A stretch of 64,000 nt of DNA from Octopus sinensis (taxonomy: Eukaryota): assembly GCF_006345805.1 (NCBI RefSeq), contig NC_043007.1:46872001-46936000 (forward strand). Reading direction: 5' to 3'. Every line of letters begins with the position of its first letter. Positions within the stretch are counted from its first letter, which is position 1. Below the pieces are notes generated by a model that saw only the letters and a list, made by a program, of their open reading frames with translations, was not told the origin of the DNA and ran no database searches. The translations under genes were made by a program, and so were the position numbers. Positions 54,927 to 64,000 of the stretch are shown here, piece after piece.

Positions 54927-55361
54927 TGTTTCTTTATTAGCCACACAGGGCTGCACACAGATAGAACAAATTACAAGGTAGAGCTTTTCTTTTGAAGGTT
55001 TAAAAAAAAATAAAAAATAAAAAAATTAAAAAAAAAATAAAAAAAAAAATAAGAAAAATAAAATAAAATAAAATAAAATAAAAAAAGGGGGGTCGATCAA
55101 AAGGGATCGTAAAAGGAGAGAAAGAGGACAAAAAAAAGGGGGGTTAAAAAAAAGGGGGAGAGGAAAAAAATTGATCAATAGGGATCGTTATCACAGAAAT
55201 GTCAATATGAAGTGTAAAGGGGGGGACAGGTGAGGTTTACCCGTGGAAAGAAAAGCCTACGGAAAAGACCACGGTAACCTCGGTCAATGAAGTCACATGT
55301 TATATTTCTTTTTTTTTTTTTTTTTTGCAAATAAGCAACTCTCTGTATTAATTTTTACATT

Positions 55362-58300
55362 TCATAGAATCATAGTCAAGGCGGCTTCGTCATTCATACG
55401 TGCCATCCTTGCTACATTCACCCATCTTTTTTTAAAACATTCACTAGACAAAACTTGCCTCTCTACTCTCACTTTTTTCTTCAAGTAATACTTGAAGAAG
55501 TTGATGAGAGATTGACCAGAGAGGAAAGTGTTTGTCTCTAATCCTTTCAGACGCGTCCACCAGATACATTCTTTCGCCATAGCCACAAGTATGATAAAAA
55601 TAGCTCTTCCTTCCCGTTTGAAGAAGGAGGCGTGACGATATTAACGATAGACTCGGCTGATAAACCGACACGTCCCACACGTGACAGCAGTCGTTCGACA
55701 TAAGCCCACAGGTGGGAAATTGCTGGACACTGCACGATTGCGTGCAGAGCGGTTTCGTCGCTCTGCCCGCATCTCGGGCAGGTCGGCCCCGTGTTTCTCG
55801 AGCCATGCCTATAGAGCTTATCCCGAACGGGTAGCGCTTCTCTCGTAGCACCGCCAGGCCAGGGATCTCTGGAAGTTGTCCATAGGTCCCGGGCCGAAAG
55901 TCGTTTGAAACAGGCGGGTCAGGTATTCCTCGTCGACGCCCAGGTTTGCCCCGAGCTCGTCGTCGTACCTCCCTCCACTAATCCCCTATAGAATGCTTTG
56001 GTTGTGTTGAAGTCACTCAAGGTCGACCCGGGACGGCAGAGTTGCTTGAGAGCAACGCGACACTCGCGGTGCCATTCGCCCTTCTTCGGCCTCTTTTTGA
56101 TCCACGACTGTAGTTCGGTCATGGAGACGAGTTGCGGGAATGCGTGCCTCACACCTGTTCACCGTCGTCTACATAGAGCCGGAGATGTCGCAGTCTCAGC
56201 GCGTGTCTGCGCATCATCAACCACGGCATGCCCAGCCCTCCTTTTAACGGGTGTTGACAGCAAATGGATCGCCTGACCATCGGGACGCATCCTTTCCACA
56301 AGAAGCGGAAGAGGATGCGTTCTAGTTTGGTGATGGTAGGGTCGGGACAAGGTACGACGGTCAGGCGGTAGTAGATGATGGACGCGATGTACGCGTTCAC
56401 CACCTCCGCCCGACCTTTTAGGGACAGTTTCCTCTCGGCCCATTGCTGGGCGAGAGTGACCACCCTACTCGTTATCTCGTCTCCAGTTCTTCTCCATTTG
56501 GAGGTCCGGACCGAACCAGACCCCGAGCAACTCAACCGGGCCGTCTGTCCAGCGTCCCACGACGGAGGTACTGGTGGACGGCATGGGTTTGCTTCTCCAG
56601 GTGCCGAGCCGCAAGCCCACTGACTTTTCCCGGTTGATTTTTGCTCCTGTCACCGCTTCGTAGTCTTTCAGTGTCTCGCCGACCCGCTCGATGTGCTCGT
56701 GGCTTGACACTATGACGGTGACGTCGTCCGCGTATGCAGACACGCTCGTCCCGCATCCTAATTCTCGCGGGATGCCCCTCAGAGTCGCCAGCTTCCGCAG
56801 TAGGGCTCAAGAGTCAATACGTATAGAAGCGCCGAGAGGGGGCATCCCTGACGGACCGAACGTGCAATGTCGAAGGGTCTCGATAGATGTCCATTTACGC
56901 GAATTACCGAACGGATGCCTCTGTACAAGGCAGCTATCCAGCCGCGGAGACGGGACCGAAACCAGCCGCTCTCAGGACTGCCTCCAAGTATCGATGGTCT
57001 ACCCTATCAAAGGCTTTCGATTGATCCAAGTTGATCAGGCCCCACCCATGCCAGGTTCGTTAACTACCCTGTCTATGATGTAGCGCATCAGATGGAGGTT
57101 GTCATGGATGCTCCGGCCCGGCACGGCGCACGTTTGTGCGTTGTCGACCAGTTTCTCCATGACAAGCGCCAACCTCTTGGCTAACACCTTTGTCAAAATT
57201 TTCAGGTCTGCATTGAGCAGAGTGATTGGCCTAAGTTATCTATAATGTTTCCCTTGTTTGGATCTTTCTTCAGCAGAGTTACAGCTCCTCGACTCACAAA
57301 ACCGGGTATGCTCCCGTTTTGCTGCCAGTTGCAGTATACCGCTGCCAAGACGTCTCCAAACAAGTCTGGCATACAATAGTAAAATTCGTAGGGTAGACCA
57401 TCCAAACCCGGTGATTTGTCCCTCGAGCATTCTGCCATCGCTTCCCGCACTTCCGCCGCCGTGATGGCACCTTCGCAGCACCCTGCCTTTCTTGTCGAGA
57501 GTCGTGGCAGGCTATGTAGGTAGGCACTGAAGTCTACCCTACGTTCTTGCCCTCCACTCGTCCCGAACAGTCGGGCAAAATGCTGCTGAAAGGCCTCACA
57601 CATTTTACTTGGCTCGAGCAATTCGCGCCCCTGTTCATCTACCAGTGACCGAATGGTGGCTTTGTTGCCCTGTTGCGCCTCTGCCACCCGGGCCTCTCTC
57701 GCGGCTCCATTACCTTCGTTCCTTAGAGCACGCATCCTAGCTCTGACAGCACATCCTTCGTGTTTGGCGTTGAAGTGTTGGTCGAGGGCCAACCTCGCCG
57801 CCAAAACGTCGGATGCGATGCCGCTTCTAATTGCCTCTTCTAGCTTCTTACTAGCTCACCCTCTACTCTATTTCTATCTATGGCTAGTGCTTTGCTGTAC
57901 CTAATCGCTTCTGCTTTTACTGCTCTCTTGAGGGCAAACCACCATTTGTTGTTGATGATGGCTCCCGTCAAAGCCCTCTTTACTAGTGTGCTAATCCGGT
58001 CTCTGAAAACTTGTCTGGACGGAATGATGCGTTCAGTTTCCAGTACCCAGACCCTGTCTATGTGCCTTATCTAAGTCTAGCGTACACGTCACCAATTTGT
58101 GATCCGTGTAGCTGACTGTGTGGAATTGTGGACATCCTAAGTTATCCTTGTCTACTGTCCTACACAGTATCCTATCTAGATACGATCTCGACGACCCACT
58201 GCGGTTGCTCCATGTCCACGTTGGTGCATTTGGGTGGTCGAGTCGGTACCTGTCACAGTTGGAATCGTCTGAGCAGGTCTCTGAGGCATTTGCATCCCCT

Positions 58301-58775
58301 TCTGTTTCTGTCTCTACCCACGTAGTCTACATGCGTGTCCAAGGTAGCATTCCAATCCCCCACTAAGAGTAAAGGACGAGACGTTCCCAAGAATACTTCT
58401 AGACGTCGAAAGAAATCCGCCCGACCTGTTAAGGGCGGTGCGTAGACTGATACGAGTCGAAAAGCGCACCCATTGCTGCCGCCAACATCCAGAACGATCA
58501 GTCTACCCTCCGGGTCTACGAATATCGTCTTGACTTCGAGATCCAGGCTCTTGTGAAAAAGTACCGCGGTGCCACTACCGCCCATCCTCGGCAGACAGGG
58601 AGCGAAATAAATGTTAAACTGTCCGCCAAACATGGACTTTAGGGCCCGTGGCTCGTGGAGTCTGGTCTCACTTATGGCTATGATTCCCAAATCATGTGAC
58701 TTGATGTCATTTAGGAGGTATCCTTGTTTCCAAGGAGACCCCAAGCCACGCGCATTCACACCCAATCTTGACCAT
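55362..58775 (-). pseudogene. ORF2: apurinic-type endonuclease + reverse transcriptase + C-terminal zinc finger, multiple frameshifts
   Basis: MVKIG..NARGL, AISETRL, LLVGDWNA, DKSPGLDGLPYEFY, QGCPLSA, YADD and LSLKGR across track ORFs 58253-58807, 57202-57804, 56465-56743, 56149-56535 and 55362-55586. Confidence 0.9.
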
Positions 58776-58779
58776 GATT

Positions 58780-60899
58780 CTATTGGGGTGTGTGCTTTAA
58801 AACACACAAATGAAAGTACAGAGAGTTACTTACTTGTGTCGAAAGTTTTGGCTTCCTCGTTCTTTGATGTGTCTTCGAGGAGGTTTCTATATAGTTTTTG
58901 GACAGATATTTCTGGAAACCCCCTACAGCATTTGGGAAGAGGGCTTTGAGTTTGTGGTGTTGTGTTTGTGTGATGTGTAGTATTTTGATGTGTTTGGGTG
59001 GTGTAGTGCGTGGAATTGCTATTTTTAAGTCATCTTCACAAATGTTTGTGTATCCTGTGATGTACTCCATTAGTTTGGAGTCTTTTGTGTCTATCGCTGA
59101 TAGCATTGTTTTTGTGGTGTCGGTGCTTGTTTTGTTGTGTATGGAGTTTTCAGGGTTCAGGTATCTCCCTGCTTTGGTTGCGATTTCTTGCTTGGTTTTT
59201 CTTTTTCTTGATCTTTTTCTTTTACTTTTACCCCCTGTGGCTATTTGCCATTCTGTCGAACTTTCATCGTTAGATGAAAAGTCTGACGAATCAGCAGGGG
59301 GCAAGGGTAAAGCGTCTGGGTGTGTTTGTGCGGTTGTAGATATTGTTGTGTGGGCGGGGAGGGTGTTGCTGGGGGGTTTGTGTTGGTTTATTGTCTCTCC
59401 TACATCCTTGGTGCTTGTCTTCTTCGTTGTTATTCTTGGTGTTGGAATTGGTTTATTTGGTTGGTGGTGATGATTCTGTTCTTGGCGCTGGTGTTGGTGT
59501 TGTTTGGTTGGGTTGGTTTGTTCTTTGTTGTTTTTCCTGCATTTCCGCATACAGCTTCTTGACTAGCTGTCCATATTGTGGTGTGGGCAATAATCCTGGC
59601 TTTTGTGATTTTCCTGTGGCTGTTGTTGTTGTTGTAATTTTGCGGCAGATTTGCACTCCTTTTTGAGGTGTGCCTCACTGCCACATGTATAGCATCGTGG
59701 CCTTCTGCCCTCGACTACTACGTATAACTTGCGGCCATCCTCAAGATGTACGTGGGTGGGGATTTTATTTATGTCCTCTTGACTTATGTGGAAGAGGAAC
59801 TCTATTCTCTTTCCCAGCCAGTCCTTGTTTTCCGAAACACCGATATCTAGGATGTTTATGTCCTCCATTTCGGATGTTACGGCGGATGTAATCCACAGTG
59901 TTGTAGTCACTTGGGGGACACCACTGATAATGACTTTCGTCACCTTCTGGCCGAGGTAACTCGGTGTCAACGTTAGTTCATCAGAATGAAGGGTTATCGT
60001 TGAGAATTTCTTCGCCAACTCTTCATTCTGAAAAACCACCTGTACGTGTGCGAACTTGTTCGCCCAAGTCACACAATCCTTGTATCCCCAGATGGGGCGT
60101 AAGCACTTTTCGACTTTGTCTGTGCTTGCCTTTTCTGGACTTTTTGTTTTTTTATTTGTGATTTTTATACAATTGTCTTTTTTTCTCTCCTCATTCAGTA
60201 TGTGCTGAGGTATGTGTAAGAGTATTTTTCCGTTTTGATTTGTAATAAGTTTTCTGCAATCTTTAATCTGTTGTGTAGTAAACGAACTTTTGTTACCTTT
60301 TCTTTTATCGCCTCGGCGAAGTTTGTTTTGTTGTTTTGTTATTGTTGTTACTGGTTGATGTTGATGGCAGGGGTGTGGGTTGTAGGTTTGTGGTTGCTGA
60401 TTATGCAACTAGCAGGGGTGGAAAATTGCCTGCGTAATTTAGTCTGCGTTAGCGCAATTTTCGGCATTTCGTTTGCTTGTCGTCGTTATTTTTTCACTTG
60501 TTGGTGATGGAGTGAGCAGTGGTTGAAGGGAATTGTTGTTGTCGTCGTCGTCGTTGTTGTTGTTGTTGTTGTTGTTGTTATTGTCGTTCTTGGTGACGGC
60601 GGTGGTGTTAGTAGTATTAGTAGCATTGACGGCACGGTCTTTGGTGGCGGTGATGGTGATGTTGGTATTGTTATTGGTGGCGACGTCTTTAGTAGGGATA
60701 GCAGTTTTAGTAGCAGATTCTGCCATGGTGTTGTTGTCGGTGTTGGTGGTGGTGGTGGACTCACTGATGGTGTTGACGGTGCTTGGCCTTGCGACCTTTG
60801 TTTTGTATTTGTTGCTGTTGTCGATGTTGATGGTGGCGGAGTTGTCAGGTTCAGCGTAAGGTAACAGAGCATCCTGTTTTTCTGCCTCTGCGTCACCAT
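58780..60899 (-). pseudogene. ORF1: gag-like nucleic-acid chaperone, frameshifted
   Basis: Track ORFs 60486-60899, 60439-60726, 59563-60408 and 58780-59550. Single CX2CX4HX4C knuckle CYTCGSEAHLKKEC (~59652-59693); Thr/Asn/Gln low-complexity flanks. Confidence 0.8.
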
Positions 60900-61088
60900 A
60901 GAATGGTATTAAGAAAATGAGATGACAAAGGAAAAAACGATTATGTTATGAACTTCATTAGCTTAGATAGATAGACAGGTAGATAGCCACTAGCTGATAG
61001 ATAGATAGACAGGCACATGGGCAAATAGATAGATAGATGAGATAGATGATAGATAGATAGATAGATAGATTAGATAGATAATAGATAT

Positions 61089-61159
<71 letters not shown>

Positions 61160-61362
61160 AGTAGACTGGAGATCGATAGATAGACAGACAGACAGCAGAC
61201 TGACAGGTAGATAGGCAGACAGAAAGACAATCAGACAGACAGGTAGCTAGATAGATGGACAGACAGGCAGGCAGGCGGACAGACAGACAGATAGGTAGAT
61301 ATATAGACAAACACACAAACATCAGCAGAGAGACAGTAGACAGACAGTCATCTCAGTCAGAC

Positions 61363-61394
<32 letters not shown>

Positions 61395-61401
61395 AACAGA
61401 C

Positions 61402-61472
<71 letters not shown>

Positions 61473-61483
61473 TAGATAGATAG

Positions 61484-61514
<31 letters not shown>

Positions 61515-61555
61515 AAGATAGATAGACAGACAGACAGATAGATAGATAGATAGAG

Positions 61556-61592
<37 letters not shown>

Positions 61593-61605
61593 GGATAGAT
61601 AGATG

Positions 61606-61667
<62 letters not shown>

Positions 61668-61690
61668 AGGTAATAGATAGAGGATAGATA
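60898..61690. repeat. Segment S2: duplicate of 54228-54926 plus ~100 bp extra GATA
   Basis: Same unique head and mosaic; differs mainly by scattered 1-bp deletions. Confidence 0.92.
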
Positions 61691-64000
61691 ACTTTTATTT
61701 GTAGCCACACAGGGCTAAACACAGAATAAAAATGGACGAAATACAATGTAGAATTTTTTTCTTTTCGAGGTGGGATGGGTGGGTCAAAAAGAAAAAAAAA
61801 AAAAAACGTTTGATCAATAGAGATCTGTGGGTTGTGTGGTGTATAAAAAAGCACTATATATATATATATATAAGGTTCACAGTTTAGGTGTAGCCTTGGA
61901 AAGAAAAACCTACAAAAAAGACCAAGGTCACCTCAGACAGTTCGAAAAAGAACACATGAGTAAGTCGCCTCACTTCTCGTTGTCTCTTTTGGTTACAGAT
62001 TTATGCTTAAAATAGTGTCGTCTTTCATACTGACCATTTTTGCCACTTTTACCCACTTTTTATTAAAACATTCGTTCGACAAAACCTTCCTCTCTATTCT
62101 CATCCTCCTTTTCAAGTGGTACTTGAAAAAGTTGACGAGAGACTGACCAGAGAGGAAGGTGTTTGTTTGCAGTCCTTTCAAACGCGTCCACCGCACACAT
62201 TCTTTCGCCATAGCCATCAGCGTAACGAAAACCGTTTTCCCTTCCCGTTTAAAGGAAGGTGGTGGAACAATATTCACGATAGACTCGGCCGATAGGCGAG
62301 CCTGACCTACACGTGACAACAGCTGTTCGACGAAGGACCACAGCTCTGAAATATCTGGACACTGCACGAGTGCGTGCAGACGGGTTCGTCGCTCTGACCG
62401 CATCTCGGGCAGGTCGGTCCGGTGATGGTTTTCGAACCGTGTCTGTAGCTCTTCTCTCGAACAGGTAGTGCGTCTCGATAGCACTGCCAAGCCAGGGATT
62501 TCTGGAAGTTATCCATAGGCCCCGGCCCGAACGTCGTCCTGAACAGGCGAGTTAGGAATTCCTCGTCGACGCCCAGGTTTGCCCCGGGTGTGTCGTCGGA
62601 CCTCCCCTCCACTAGTCCTCTATAGAACGCTTTAGTCGTTTGGAAGTTGCACAAGTTTGACCCCGGTCGGCAGAGCTGCTGTAGAGCTTGGCGACACTCT
62701 CGGTGCCAATCGCCCAGTTTCGATCTCTTTTTGATCCACGTTTGCAGTTCGGTCAGTGAGAGGAGCTGCGGGAAGTCGCCCCTCACAAACGGCGCCCACA
62801 CCTGTTCACCGTCGTCGATGAATTTCCAGAGATGTCGCAGTCTCAGCGCATGCCTGCGCATCATCAACCACGGCATGCCCAGTCCTCCATTCAACGGATG
62901 TTGACAGCAAATGGACTTCCTCACCATCGGAACGCCACCCTTCCACAGGAAGCGGAAGAGTATGCGTTCCAGTTTGGTGATGGTGGCGTCGGGACAAGGT
63001 ACGACGGTCAGGCGGTAATCGATGACGGATGCGATGTACGCGTTCGCCACCTCCGCCCGGCCTTTTAGAGACAGCTTTCTCTCGGCCCATGTTTGGCTGA
63101 GAGCGACCACTCTACTCGTGATCTCGTCCCAGTTCTTATCCATTTGGAGGTCCGGACTGAACCAGACCCCGAGCAATTTAACCGGTCCGTCCGTCCAGCG
63201 TCCCACTACTGAGCCGCAGTCGGACGGCATGGGCTTGCTTCTCCAGGTGCCGAGTAGCAAACCCACTGACTTTTCCGGGTTAATCTTTGCTCCCGTCACC
63301 GTTTCATATTTTCTTAGTGTCTCGCCAACCAGCTCAATGTGCTGGTAGCTCGACACTATGACGGTGACATCGTCCGCATATGCCGACACGCTCGTCCCGC
63401 AACCCAGTTCCCGTGGGATGCCCCTCAGTGTCGCCAGCTTCCGCAGTAGCGGCTCGAGAGTCAATACATACAGAAGCGCCGACAGGGGACACCCCTGACG
63501 GACCGAACGCGTGATGTCAAACGGTTTCGACAGGTGACCGTTCACCCGAATCACCGATCGGATGCCGCTATACAAGGCAGCGATCCAACCGCGGAAGACG
63601 GGACCGAAGCCAGCCGCCCTGAGGACGGCCGCCAAGTACTGATGGTCGACCCTATCGAAGGCTTTAGACTGATCCAAATTTATCAGCGCCCCACCCATGC
63701 CAGGATCCTTAACTACCCTGTCCACAATGTAGCGCATCAGATGGAGGTTGTCATGTATGGTTCTGCCCGGCACGGCGCATGTTTGCGCCCTGTCGACCAG
63801 TTTACCAACGACAAGCGCCAACCTCTCGGCTATTACTTTGGCCAAACTTTTCAAATCTGCGTTGAGCAGAGTGATGGGCCTGAAATTATCTATAAAATTC
63901 CCCTTGTTTGAGTCTTTCTTCAGCAACGTCACTGCACCTCGGCTCACGAAACCGGAGATTCTCCCGTTTTGTTGCCAGTTGCAGTAGACTGATGCCAAGA
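61691..64000 (-). mobile_element. L1/Tx1-clade LINE, copy 2 (distinct subfamily; continues beyond the window)
   Basis: Homologous to 54927-57350 with many third-position substitutions; 3' end GGCTACAAATAAAAGT(TATC)n. Confidence 0.92.
61993..63998 (-). CDS. ORF2 RT and C-terminal region of LINE copy 2 (open 563 aa, one frameshift near 62.35-62.4 kb)
   Basis: FRPITLLNADLK, LDQSKAFDRV, RQGCPLSALLY, YADD and CPRCGQSDE..HALVQC. Confidence 0.88.

Larger units (their letters stand above)
54927..60899 (-). mobile_element. L1/Tx1-clade non-LTR retrotransposon, copy 1 (~6 kb, near full length)
   Basis: ORF1 with CCHC knuckle, ORF2 APE-RT-CCHC, and a 3' UTR ending GGCTAATAAAGAAACA(TATC)n. Confidence 0.92.

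Overview
This is an AT-rich, microsatellite-saturated animal genomic window. The repeat make-up suggests a coleoid cephalopod such as Octopus, which is inferred and not shown. I found no host protein-coding gene, tRNA/rRNA gene or CRISPR array, and almost every ORF in the track is a microsatellite artefact or transposon debris. Main contents: (i) eight decayed Tc1/mariner elements or fragments plus a 97-bp pogo/Tigger-like MITE; (ii) several tRNA-derived SINEs, two with clear target-site duplications; (iii) a 6.7-kb nest at 23.45-30.17 kb of R4/Dong-like RT+RLE LINEs and three copies of a ~550-bp non-coding element, all embedded in (AAT)n; (iv) Penelope-like remnants and several hammerhead-ribozyme-like motifs near (TA)n tracts, the best at 17241-17290 with a U3-A8 compensatory core; (v) two diverged L1/Tx1-clade LINEs in tandem at 54.9-64 kb, both ending directly in (ATCT)n after a conserved stem-loop and AATAAA, the first flanked by an apparent ~700-bp duplication. 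The most interesting theme is that three retroelement clades each associate with a different microsatellite (AAT, TA, GATA). All identities are by-eye estimates and no database searches were run.
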